Source: an uncultured Spirochaetaceae bacterium
GTDB lineage: Bacteria > Spirochaetota > Spirochaetia > DSM-27196 > SLST01
Length of the DNA stretch: 64,000 nt
Assembly (NCBI GenBank): GCA_964599075.1
Contig: CAZREG010000002.1
Coordinates: 40,176-104,175 of the forward strand
Direction: 5' to 3'
The position numbers and the translations under genes were made by a program. This document shows positions 19,050 through 27,104 of this stretch, in pieces. The notes beneath the pieces are model-generated. The model worked only from the letters and a program-made list of their open reading frames with translations, did not search any database and was not told where the DNA came from. Within the stretch, counting starts at the first letter, position 1. Each line of letters starts with the position of its first letter.

Positions 19050-20132
19050 TCACACCTCGGACAGGCCATAGACGTAGCTCTGAATCTGATTCAGGTGCTT
19101 TCGTGAGACACGGGTGAATTTGATGTGCATCAGTTTGCCACGAGCCCGCTGGCGTTCCACACTTCGAACCATGCCGTAGACGCTCACCGGCGAACCGTCT
19201 GAGTTCTGGAAATCTACCTTGAGAATACTCCCGCCGGTCAGGGGAGACTGTGTTCTGATGGCACAACCTCCGGCACTCAGATCTTCAAACCGACCAAAGA
19301 TTCGTTTGTTCGTGTTCACGAACGCCTGTTTTTTTGCCCGGCGGCCCTTTCCAACGGTGAGAACGGTTACCGGATAGAAGTAGCAGGGGCTGTCGTACTC
19401 ACGCCTCGGAGAGCGTCTCTGCTGAGTCTGGGGAATATTGCTCACGTGCTCCACGAACATCGCTGAGGCACCACGCGTGTTGTTGAGTCCGATCACCCGA
19501 GTGGCAAAGCTGTAGAGCTTGTCCGGCTCCACTACCACCGAGACCTTCAACTGCGTGCCTTTCTGGTATTCGAGCCGCCCCGATCGGGCGGAGTAGGGAA
19601 GCTCAATGCCCAGGCCGTTATGAACGTTTGAGGCGACCATCAGCTGTTGCGTCGTGCCGCTTGTATCCGTTACGCGGACATCCTGGCCAACTCGGATCTC
19701 ACGTGAGCTGGACATCACCTTGTGCCTGGTTTTTGCGTTCTCTATATGGCGTTTTGCGGCAAAGAGAAGCCCCTTCTTGCGCTCCCGTTCGGCCTCTGGA
19801 AGCTCAAGAACGTCGATCTGGTCCATCCGTCTGCGCAACGCATGGTTAAGATACGCCGTATTGGTGATAAGCCGCTGGGGATTCTGCAGACGGAGTGTCT
19901 TCACCAGCTCCTTGAGCTCCGCTCGCTGGTCCGGCGGAAGTCCAAGCTTCCGTGCCTGTCGCAGAACTCCGCCGGCTCGCGTGCTTCCCGACCCCTTGCG
20001 CCGCGAATTGATCACAGCCGCAATGACACCGGCAACTACCAGGGCGCCGAACACGATAAGCGTGACGGTATTCTGGGTTGGATCAGGCTGAGCAAAAAAC
20101 TGAATGTCCTGCTGCAGAATGGGAAGAATCAT
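19050..20132 (-). CDS. Membrane-anchored PilZ-domain protein (putative c-di-GMP receptor)
   Basis: N-terminal TM helix TLIVFGALVVAGVIAAVI. C-terminal PilZ motifs RSPRR (RxxxR) and DLSAGG (DxSxxG). Confidence 0.75.
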   Translation of the reverse strand: MILPILQQDIQFFAQPDPTQNTVTLIVFGALVVAGVIAAVINSRRKGSGSTRAGGVLRQARKLGLPPDQRAELKELVKTLRLQNPQRLITNTAYLNHALRRRMDQIDVLELPEAERERKKGLLFAAKRHIENAKTRHKVMSSSREIRVGQDVRVTDTSGTTQQLMVASNVHNGLGIELPYSARSGRLEYQKGTQLKVSVVVEPDKLYSFATRVIGLNNTRGASAMFVEHVSNIPQTQQRRSPRREYDSPCYFYPVTVLTVGKGRRAKKQAFVNTNKRIFGRFEDLSAGGCAIRTQSPLTGGSILKVDFQNSDGSPVSVYGMVRSVERQRARGKLMHIKFTRVSRKHLNQIQSYVYGLSEV

Positions 20133-21010
20133 CGCGAATCCTGATCAGGAACCAGCTCGGAGACCGTCCGCATGCGTGGAGCAAGCTCATACTCGAGTAG
20201 ATCACCCACCAGCACCGTGTCATTGATCTCAAAGGCCTGCGCCAGTTCAGCAAGGACTTCGCTCGTCTCCTGCGTGAAAGTGCGAATCCTGACAACATCA
20301 AGATCACCCCGATTTTCCGCGCTTTCAACCAACGGCGTGAGGCGGAACACCCGACCGAGCAGCTCCGTCAGGGAGATGACGGTCCTCATGGCCTGGGCAC
20401 CCTCTCCGGTCTGAAGTTGAACCGGGACTTGTTCCAGCTCTTCTGAGGCGGAACTGAGCTGTCCGAGGGTTATTGCCATCTCACGAACGGGGAATGCAAA
20501 CTCGCGCGCACGCGCCACCAGAAGGCTACGAAGCTGTGTGATCTCCGTTGTGAGTCGGATCCGCTCGGACTCTTGAACAGCTCCCAGGTCAAGCTGGTCA
20601 CTGACAAGGACGCTCGACTCGCCGGCGCTGTCTGCCAGCGACGGGAAGAAAGCAATAATCCGTTCCCGCACATGGGGAAGCTCGCCGAGAAGATCGGTGA
20701 GCGCTTCCTGATCCTCAGAGGTGAGCGCTTCCTGAAGGAGGGAGAGATAGTCGTCGACCGCAAGAATGGCGTTTTGATCGGCACTCGTTCGCGGCAGGGC
20801 CTCCACGCTCAGTCGCCTCACCCCTTTTACTTCAATCTGTTCCCACGCCTTCCGGTTGTGGATCGGGTAGCTGGTGTCATTGACATCGATCGATGTGATT
20901 GTGAACTGACCAGTAGTCAACCACGCCTGCAAACCGTCAACAACCTCTCCCAGCGACTGCTCATCTTCCAGTGTGAAATCCAACGGCTCGCGATTCACAA
21001 GAATTTCCAT
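20129..21010 (-). CDS. Hypothetical helical protein of the flagellar filament locus (293 aa)
   Basis: Immediately downstream of fliD. GAGGAA SD before ATG 21010. A sigma28-type -10 (GCCGATCA) lies in the 48-nt gap after fliD. No motif recognised. Confidence 0.5.
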   Translation of the reverse strand: MEILVNREPLDFTLEDEQSLGEVVDGLQAWLTTGQFTITSIDVNDTSYPIHNRKAWEQIEVKGVRRLSVEALPRTSADQNAILAVDDYLSLLQEALTSEDQEALTDLLGELPHVRERIIAFFPSLADSAGESSVLVSDQLDLGAVQESERIRLTTEITQLRSLLVARAREFAFPVREMAITLGQLSSASEELEQVPVQLQTGEGAQAMRTVISLTELLGRVFRLTPLVESAENRGDLDVVRIRTFTQETSEVLAELAQAFEINDTVLVGDLLEYELAPRMRTVSELVPDQDSR

Positions 21011-21026
21011 AGATTTCCTCACTATA

Positions 21027-21034
21027 TGATCGGC
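21027..21034 (-). promoter_or_regulatory. Sigma28-type -10 element upstream of the 293-aa unknown gene
   Basis: Minus strand GCCGATCA (7 of 8 to consensus), 16 nt before ATG 21010 and upstream of the GAGGAA SD. The -35 is poor (TTCA/TCAC). Confidence 0.35.
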
Positions 21035-21070
21035 ATTCGGAAAGCGGAAGTGAACCGCCGGGTGCTCAGC

Positions 21071-23083
21071 CTACTGGTTACCGCGTTGCTGAGGCTGGAG
21101 CGCCTGAAGGCGTGTCTGCATCTGCTCCATCCGCGCCATTGCAGCCTCCATCTGTGCAAACTGGGCGCGATAGTCTGCCTCTGCCTGCTCGAGCCGCGAC
21201 TCTTCCCTGCCAATCCTGTCCTCGGTCTGGGAGATCGATGTGTTGATGGTTCCGGTGCGAATGGCAATGGTCCCGCCGGTTTGCGTCATGGGCCGCAGGT
21301 TTCGTTGAAGCTCAAACGCGACACCGGTGTCGGTCGTGAGGTCTCCGTCGCTGTCACTTCCAAAGAGCTGGCGTGAGGCTTCAAAATGGGTTCGGAGTAT
21401 AGACTCGAGCTCTCGTGGATTCATCTCCAGGTATCCGCGCAGGCGGCTCGCATCAAATCCACCCCCCGGTCCGGAAGCATTCGTGGAGATGCCCATCTGC
21501 GCAAGCAGCGTGAGCTCACTGCCTGCATCCGTGGGGTATGCGTTCATCATGATGGTCTGAAGCGTTGAACGGATTCGGTTGAGGATTAGATCTCCCTGAA
21601 GCAGGCCGAGTCTCTCGAGCGCCGTCTCGCGCTCCTCCGGCGTGTAATTTGTGATCTCGTCAACCACCGCCCGGTCGGTTCGGGTGAGGATGTTGATCTC
21701 CCGCATAAGTTCATTGTAGTAGAAGACGAACTGGATCAGAGAGTCCGTGACGGCCTCTCTGTCCGGCTCCACAGTGAGCTGGACGTCCCGTGTACTCGCT
21801 CCTCTCAGCTCGAGTGTCACCCCGTCAACAAGATCGTCTATGACGTTGGACGGACGTATGACACGGATGCCCTCAAAGGTGAGTTGAGCGTCCGTCGCCG
21901 TTGAGAGTGGATTGACCGGGGTAATATCCCCTCGGGTAGTCGTATCGTAGACGGATATGTTGCGGACCCGAATCTCCCGGTGCGTGTTGTTATTGTCCAC
22001 AACCAGCCCATCAACACCATCCACGTACTCGGACAGAGGAACCTGCAGGGTCACGAACCCGTCGGTGTCGCTAAGATCGGGGAGGGACACGACCTGTGAG
22101 CCGTCTCGAAGAGAGAGGACTCGCAGATCGTCACGGATCTCCGGCGGTTCGGGGCTATCCCATTCAGGAAGCGGAACCTGTGAGGGGTCGTTCTCAATAG
22201 TGATATCTCCCAGCGTAATGCTACCCGGGTCGGGCAGAACGGGGCCAGGAGGCGTTTCCGGCGGAGACCAACCGGACCAGAGGTTGGTCACGCTGACCTC
22301 GAGCTCCATGACCAGCGCGCTCACGTCATTAACAGCTGCCGGGAATCGGACCAGAGCCTCTCCGCCAGGCTCCACGGTGAGCGTTCCTGCCTGAACCGAC
22401 CGGAGTCTCCCGGCCGCGGGATCCTGAAAGTTCGTCACTGTGGAAGCCTGAATGGGGGTTGATAGGGTCTGCTCCACCACCTCCTCGAGAATCCCGGCTT
22501 CAATACCGAACGCACGGGAATCTTCAAGGAAGCTCAGCTGGTTCGCTTCACCGGGCTCAAGGGCTTCAATGAGAATAATCTGCGAGTTGGCCGTGTTCTG
22601 AACCACGCGCGCATTTACCACATCAGCCGCTCGTCGGTTGATGGTCTGGGCAAAGTTGCGAAGTGATCCACCGGAGTAGGTGAAGAACTCTTCGTTCTCC
22701 CCAACGCGGAAGCCGTAGCGGCCGGCCGGCACATCAAAGTCAGACGGCAAGTCGCGGGATATAAACCGATCAGCTTCAGCCAGCTGTTCAACCGAAAGTC
22801 GTGCGACTCCCTCGTCCGCGTTCCGCTCAGCGGTAGCGATCAGCACGCTCTCGTCTGATGAGCTCGCGATTCGTTCGTTGAATGGATTCTCAAAGCCGTA
22901 CAGCAGGCGGGCGGCTTCCTGGAGATTCGTGACTTTGCGTCCGAGTTCCTGCCAGGCCGAGCGCTCCTGTTCGTAACTGTCGATCCGCTCTTCCATCCGG
23001 GTGATCGGTGCTCGTTCGGCCTCCATGAGGTCTTCGATCAGTCCGTCTGTGTTTACGCCGGAGTTGGTTATTCCGGGTACCAT
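21071..23083 (-). CDS. fliD: Flagellar filament capping protein (hook-associated protein 2)
   Basis: N-terminal MVPGITNSGVNTDGLIEDLMEAERAPI and a C-terminal coiled coil typical of FliD. Start trimmed to ATG 23083 (GTG 23095 is also possible). The track start at 23200 overlaps flaG. Confidence 0.85.
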   Translation of the reverse strand: MVPGITNSGVNTDGLIEDLMEAERAPITRMEERIDSYEQERSAWQELGRKVTNLQEAARLLYGFENPFNERIASSSDESVLIATAERNADEGVARLSVEQLAEADRFISRDLPSDFDVPAGRYGFRVGENEEFFTYSGGSLRNFAQTINRRAADVVNARVVQNTANSQIILIEALEPGEANQLSFLEDSRAFGIEAGILEEVVEQTLSTPIQASTVTNFQDPAAGRLRSVQAGTLTVEPGGEALVRFPAAVNDVSALVMELEVSVTNLWSGWSPPETPPGPVLPDPGSITLGDITIENDPSQVPLPEWDSPEPPEIRDDLRVLSLRDGSQVVSLPDLSDTDGFVTLQVPLSEYVDGVDGLVVDNNNTHREIRVRNISVYDTTTRGDITPVNPLSTATDAQLTFEGIRVIRPSNVIDDLVDGVTLELRGASTRDVQLTVEPDREAVTDSLIQFVFYYNELMREINILTRTDRAVVDEITNYTPEERETALERLGLLQGDLILNRIRSTLQTIMMNAYPTDAGSELTLLAQMGISTNASGPGGGFDASRLRGYLEMNPRELESILRTHFEASRQLFGSDSDGDLTTDTGVAFELQRNLRPMTQTGGTIAIRTGTINTSISQTEDRIGREESRLEQAEADYRAQFAQMEAAMARMEQMQTRLQALQPQQRGNQ

Positions 23084-23171
23084 AATATCTGACACGAAAC
23101 CCTCCCGTGCCGCGTCTGCCTTCTCTCCGCAGAGAGTAGCACGACCGCATTGAGAATCCGCGCCGTGCCGG

Positions 23172-23525
23172 CTAAATTTCCTCGTCAATAAGGAGGCCAA
23201 TTGCCTCCTGAATCTTCGCGTAGAGGCGCTGAATGCCTTCGGGCGGAAGTTCCTTGATCACTGTATCGGTCCGTCGATCAATGACCTTTACAATCACCTG
23301 CTCGAGATCGGGATTGACCGTGAACTTCAGTCGCCGATTCAGAGCAGACATCATCTGCAGCTCTTCTACGATCGCACCGATATCCAAAGATCGGGATTGT
23401 GAGGTGAATTCTTTCTGTGCGGCGGCCCGTTGTGCCTGTGCCCACTCATTTTGGTTGACACGTCCTTCTGACGGGTAGCGCGGTGCTGCATTCATTCCGA
23501 GAATGCCATGAACATCAATAGACAT
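23172..23525 (-). CDS. flaG: Flagellar protein FlaG
   Basis: C-terminal LKFTVNPDLEQVIVKVIDRRTDTVIKELPPE FlaG-family signature. GGAGG SD. Confidence 0.8.
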   Translation of the reverse strand: MSIDVHGILGMNAAPRYPSEGRVNQNEWAQAQRAAAQKEFTSQSRSLDIGAIVEELQMMSALNRRLKFTVNPDLEQVIVKVIDRRTDTVIKELPPEGIQRLYAKIQEAIGLLIDEEI

Positions 23526-23562
23526 ATCTTACCTCCATGTAAGATCCAGTCTAAAGAGAGAC

Positions 23563-23586
23563 GGAGGGAGAGCGCGAGCTCCCTCC
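23563..23586 (-). terminator. GC-rich hairpin between flaB1 and flaG (attenuator/terminator or flaG 5' UTR structure)
   Basis: Minus strand GGAGGGAG-ctcgcgct-CTCCCTCC followed by GTCTCTCTTT. The U-tract is imperfect. Confidence 0.35.
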
Positions 23587-23680
23587 GAATCGATAGATCC
23601 AAGAGATAACATCCAGAGATCTCTTGAACGAGCAGTTACCTCGAGGCTTAACTGCTTTGTGAGCGGATCGATTGTCCTGG

Positions 23681-24535
23681 TTAACCCAGGAGCTGCAGTA
23701 CTGACTGCGGCTGTACGTTTGCCTGCGCCAGCATTGCCGTGTTGGCCTGCACCAGGATCTGATTCTTTACGAAGTCGACCGTCTGGGCTGCCATATCGGT
23801 GTCTCTAATGCGGCTTTCCGCGGCGGCAAGGTTTTCACTTGCAACTGCAACACCCTGTTGTGCGATCTCAAACCGGTTCTGATACGCACCCAGGTCTGCA
23901 CGCTGGCGGTTCACCACACGAAGCGCGGAATCCACAGCGCCGATTGTTCGGTTCGCGAGCTCAGGTGTAGAGATGGAAACTATTCCACCCTCTCCCTGAG
24001 CGTCTTCAAGACCAAGTGACCGTGCGGTCATGGTCCCTATGAACACTCGCTCGTTCTGGTCCATGTTTGCTCCCACCTGGAACTGCATGACCTGCCCGAC
24101 GGCACTATCGCGTGCGAAAGAGCCTGTCAGCATGTTCATACCGTTAAACTGAGCGTGGGAAGCGATCCGGTTCACCTCATCCACAAGCTGAGAAACCTCA
24201 ACCTGGATCTGCATGCGGTCCTCTGCAGTATAGATGCCGTTGGCACTCTGTACAGAGAGCTCGCGAATGCGGTGAAGAATGTCCTGCGTATTCTGCAGGT
24301 ATCCTTCACTTGTCTGAATGAAGCTGACTGCGTTCTGGATATTTCGCTCTGCCTGATTAAGGCCACGGATTTGACTCCGAAGCTTTTCACTGACTGCGAG
24401 TCCAGATGCATCGTCACCGGCACGATTAATGCGCATTCCACTCGAAAGTTTCTCAATGTTGCCCTGAATTGAATCCTGACGGAAGTTCAAGGTCCGAGAT
24501 GCGAATGCAGCACTCGTATTGTGATTAATGATCAT
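23681..24535 (-). CDS. flaB: Flagellin, periplasmic flagellar core protein FlaB (copy 1)
   Basis: [12 protein letters not shown]...[23 protein letters not shown]-terminus, C-terminal [27 protein letters not shown] before ATG 24535. The longer track ORF is leader sequence. Confidence 0.95.
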   Translation of the reverse strand: MIINHNTSAAFASRTLNFRQDSIQGNIEKLSSGMRINRAGDDASGLAVSEKLRSQIRGLNQAERNIQNAVSFIQTSEGYLQNTQDILHRIRELSVQSANGIYTAEDRMQIQVEVSQLVDEVNRIASHAQFNGMNMLTGSFARDSAVGQVMQFQVGANMDQNERVFIGTMTARSLGLEDAQGEGGIVSISTPELANRTIGAVDSALRVVNRQRADLGAYQNRFEIAQQGVAVASENLAAAESRIRDTDMAAQTVDFVKNQILVQANTAMLAQANVQPQSVLQLLG

Positions 24536-24558
24536 ATGACCCTCCTTGATGTGGTACA

Positions 24559-24575
24559 GGGGCATCCCTTGCCCC
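24559..24575 (-). promoter_or_regulatory. Putative CsrA binding hairpin (GGA in loop) in the flaB1 leader
   Basis: Minus strand GGGGCA-AGGGA-UGCCCC, 12 nt upstream of the AAGGAGG SD. Confidence 0.55.
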
Positions 24576-24810
24576 ATTCTCTGCTCAGGAAGCATCAGGA
24601 GTGATTCGCGCTCCTCCTGTCCGCTCGTACTTCCATTCAGAAAGACCTGTCGATGTCGACTCTCGTCGGACCTCAACGTGCCTTTTTGAGCAGCCACCCC
24701 GTTTCCGGCACCACCAACGATGGGACACCAGAAGGGTTTTTTTCAAAGATCGCTGTCTGCACTGAATAACAAGGCGAAAAGTCTTTGATTCCGCCACCGT
24801 TCAGCCGACA

Positions 24811-24842
24811 AGGAAAGGAGTTGCCTCAAAAGAGGCAACTCC
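24811..24842 (-). terminator. Rho-independent terminator after flaB2
   Basis: Minus strand GGAGTTGCCTC-TTTT-GAGGCAACTCC followed by TTTCCTT. Confidence 0.8.
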
Positions 24843-24860
24843 AATAGTAAGGTTACTCCA

Positions 24861-25718
24861 TTACCCGAGTAATTGCAACACTGACTGTGTCTGCACATTG
24901 GCCTGTGCAAGCATAGCCGTTGAGCTCTGGACAAGAATCTGATTGGTTGTGAATCGCACAACTTCAGCAGCCATGTCCGTGTCCCGGATGCGACTCTCGG
25001 AAGCCTGCAGGTTCTCTGCACCGACATCCAGGCCGCGGATCGCGTGATCGAGGCGGTTCTGGTAGGCGCCGAGGTCTGCTCGCTGCTTGTTCACTTTGCG
25101 CAGAGCTGCATCCACAATACCGATTGTCCGGTTCGCGTTCTCCGGCGTAGAGAGCGACACAATACTGTTGTCCGCGTTGCGAACACCAAGTCCGGCCGCC
25201 GTCATGGTTCCCACGTAGACCTTTTCGCGCTGGTCCATGTTTGCCCCAATGTGGAACCACATGCTCGCAGTCACGATGTTCTCACCGGTGTCCTGTGCGA
25301 AGCGTCCGGTCAGCATGTTCATACCGTTGAACTGTGCGTGGCTCGCAATTCGGTCCACCTCGTCGACAAGCTGAGAAATCTCAACCTGAATTTGCATGCG
25401 GTCTTCGGCTGTGTAGATACCGTTGGATGCCTGGATGGAAAGCTCTCGAATGCGCTGCATGATGTTCTGGCTTTCCTGGAGATAGCCTTCCGTGGTCTGA
25501 ATGAACGAGATTCCGTCTGCTGCATTCCGTGAAGCCTGCTGGAGGCCACGAATCTGCGAGCGCATCTTCTCGCTCACTGCAAGGCCAGCGGGGTCGTCGC
25601 CGGCGCGGTTGATCCGCAAGCCGGAGCTGAGCTTCTCGATGTTGCCCTGCACTCGGTCGGCGACAACGCCGTTCTGGCGCTGTGCAAACATCGCGCTCAT
25701 GTTGTGATTGATGATCAT
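24861..25718 (-). CDS. flaB: Flagellin, periplasmic flagellar core protein FlaB (copy 2)
   Basis: [12 protein letters not shown]...[23 protein letters not shown]-terminal [18 protein letters not shown]. Paralogue of the 23681..24535 gene. Confidence 0.95.
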   Translation of the reverse strand: MIINHNMSAMFAQRQNGVVADRVQGNIEKLSSGLRINRAGDDPAGLAVSEKMRSQIRGLQQASRNAADGISFIQTTEGYLQESQNIMQRIRELSIQASNGIYTAEDRMQIQVEISQLVDEVDRIASHAQFNGMNMLTGRFAQDTGENIVTASMWFHIGANMDQREKVYVGTMTAAGLGVRNADNSIVSLSTPENANRTIGIVDAALRKVNKQRADLGAYQNRLDHAIRGLDVGAENLQASESRIRDTDMAAEVVRFTTNQILVQSSTAMLAQANVQTQSVLQLLG

Positions 25719-25768
25719 CTAATCCTCCGTGAATATGTGCCACCATGGCTTGCGCCAGGTTGGCGTTC

Positions 25769-25788
25769 AGACGGCCTCCATGCCGTCT
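25769..25788 (-). promoter_or_regulatory. Putative CsrA binding hairpin (GGA in loop) in the flaB2 leader
   Basis: Minus strand AGACGGC-AUGGAG-GCCGUCU, about 40 nt upstream of the ACGGAGGA SD. A further GGA cluster lies at 25825..25855. Confidence 0.5.
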
Positions 25789-25880
25789 GTCTACCGGTCC
25801 GGTGCCCGGGTGCACGTCCTTTTCCTTCATCCTCCTTCCCGCATCCTGGAGAACAGAACGCAGTTTTTGTAATTCTCTGC

Positions 25881-25907
25881 TAAACCGGCAGATCTATCCG
25901 CCGATAT
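25881..25907 (+). promoter_or_regulatory. Consensus sigma28 (FliA/SigD) promoter, plus-strand, no annotated downstream gene
   Basis: TAAA (25881..25884), exactly 15 nt, then GCCGATAT (25900..25907). This is a 12 of 12 match to TAAA-N15-GCCGATAT. Confidence 0.7.
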
Positions 25908-25929
25908 TCAGAGTAGGGGAGGCTACGCC

Positions 25930-26028
25930 GTGCGTCAGGGACGCACCGACACAACACACCCGTTCTCTCATTCGGCATTTGGGGAGAAACTCTTTAGTCT
26001 TTTTTGTTATTACTGCTCGCCCAGGTAG
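25930..26028 (+). other. Candidate 32-codon sORF or 5' part of a sigma28-dependent small/antisense RNA
   Basis: GTG 25930 lies 7 nt after GGGGAGG (25916..25922) and downstream of a perfect sigma28 promoter. It encodes MRQGRTDTTHPFSHSAFGEKLFSLFCYYCSPR and overlaps the TPR gene 3' end by 19 nt. Not in the ORF track (too short). Confidence 0.25.
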
Positions 26029-27104
26029 GTCCGTGCAATTCTATCTTCAGGGTCAATCTCAAGCACCGTTTGAAAGTATCCTTCGGCTTCCTCACGGTTT
26101 TCCTGACGAAGGGTCACAATACCCAGGTTTGAGATGATTTTGGTGTTCTCCGGCTCAATCCGCACCGCCTCACTCAGCAGAGCCTTCGCCTCCGTGAGGT
26201 TGTCACGCTCCATGTGACAGATTGCAAGCTCATTGAGCGTGTCCGGTTGTTCAGGCCCGTGCTCGAGCGCCTTCTCAAACGCCTGGACGGCATCCTCAAA
26301 GCGACCAAGCCTTCGAAGCCCCCAGCCGAGCATAAACCAGCCGTTCCATACCGTGGGATGTTTGGTGAGGAACTCACGGATCCGCTCGATGCCTTCTTCT
26401 TCTCTGCCCATGCGGATAAAATCAAATGCTTCCTTGAACTGTGTATCTGAAAGGCTCTGGCGATCGATCTGCTCGAGCATCCGGGCGGCTTCCTCTAGTC
26501 GTTCCTGATCTTCGCCGGTTTCCACGTACGTTCCAAGATGATCGGCTGCCTTCGCAAAGTTCTGCTGGCTCGCGTAGAAGAAACCGGCATTCAGATGTGC
26601 CTCGACAGGCACGTCGTCAAGGCGGAACGTCTCATGGTAGAGTTCGAACGCCTCGTCCACGTAGCGCTGCTCTTGTTCATTGTCTCCACGCTGCGCTGCG
26701 GCCCGGGCGCGTTGTTCGTAGAGAAGGGCAAGGTTCACGAGAGCACGAGCGTCGTGCGGTTGGAGTCCTTTCAGTGCAAGGAAAATTTCTTCTGCAAGTT
26801 CATGATCGCCGTTCTGTGTCTTCACAATACCGGTGGCCGTGAGCTGCTCGACCAGATCTGGGCTGACGGCGCTGACGAACTCCCGGTAGTAGTCGGTGTC
26901 TTCATGGTCGGGAGCGTAGGCAAGTATCTTCAGCATTCCCGAAACAATCTGCTCCCAACTCAGATCACGGATGTCGTATCGGTCGCCGCCACCGGTAGAT
27001 TCAACCGGCAGCAGTCTGTCCGGATCAATGCGAAACTCTCCTATCTCTCGGTCGAGGGTATCAGGAACGCTTATATAGACTATATTCTGGAGTTTGTTAT
27101 TCAT
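26010..27104 (-). CDS. Tetratricopeptide-repeat protein
   Basis: Multiple TPR-like helical repeats (for example AWFMLGWGLRRLGRFEDAVQAFEKALE). Overlaps the upstream PilZ gene by 8 nt. Confidence 0.7.
   Translation of the reverse strand: MNNKLQNIVYISVPDTLDREIGEFRIDPDRLLPVESTGGGDRYDIRDLSWEQIVSGMLKILAYAPDHEDTDYYREFVSAVSPDLVEQLTATGIVKTQNGDHELAEEIFLALKGLQPHDARALVNLALLYEQRARAAAQRGDNEQEQRYVDEAFELYHETFRLDDVPVEAHLNAGFFYASQQNFAKAADHLGTYVETGEDQERLEEAARMLEQIDRQSLSDTQFKEAFDFIRMGREEEGIERIREFLTKHPTVWNGWFMLGWGLRRLGRFEDAVQAFEKALEHGPEQPDTLNELAICHMERDNLTEAKALLSEAVRIEPENTKIISNLGIVTLRQENREEAEGYFQTVLEIDPEDRIARTYLGEQ

Noticed and set aside
23634-23657. Hairpin GCAGTTA-N10-TAACTGC downstream of flaB1 as a terminator
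   Set aside because: On the transcribed (minus) strand it has a 10-nt loop and no U-tract. The TTT run follows it only on the plus strand, where there is no gene.
24536-24697. 54-codon N-terminal extension of the flaB1 ORF. Similar extensions occur on fliD (to 23200), malE, GH57, both lacI genes, ilvC, SOR and the FGE gene.
   Set aside because: The internal ATGs are preceded by good SDs and give canonical family N-termini, for example MIINHN. The extensions run through leaders, promoters or neighbouring genes.
25881-25907. Reading the perfect sigma28 motif as the flaB2 promoter
   Set aside because: The orientation is wrong. The TAAA...GCCGATAT order is on the plus strand, and flaB2 is on the minus strand. 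The reverse complement, ATATCGGC...TTTA, is not a promoter for flaB2.
25745-26137. 130-aa plus-strand ORF spanning the flaB2-TPR intergenic region
   Set aside because: It starts upstream of the sigma28 promoter, lacks an SD, is in a different frame from the SD-linked GTG, and is mostly antisense to the TPR gene. It looks like a chance ORF.
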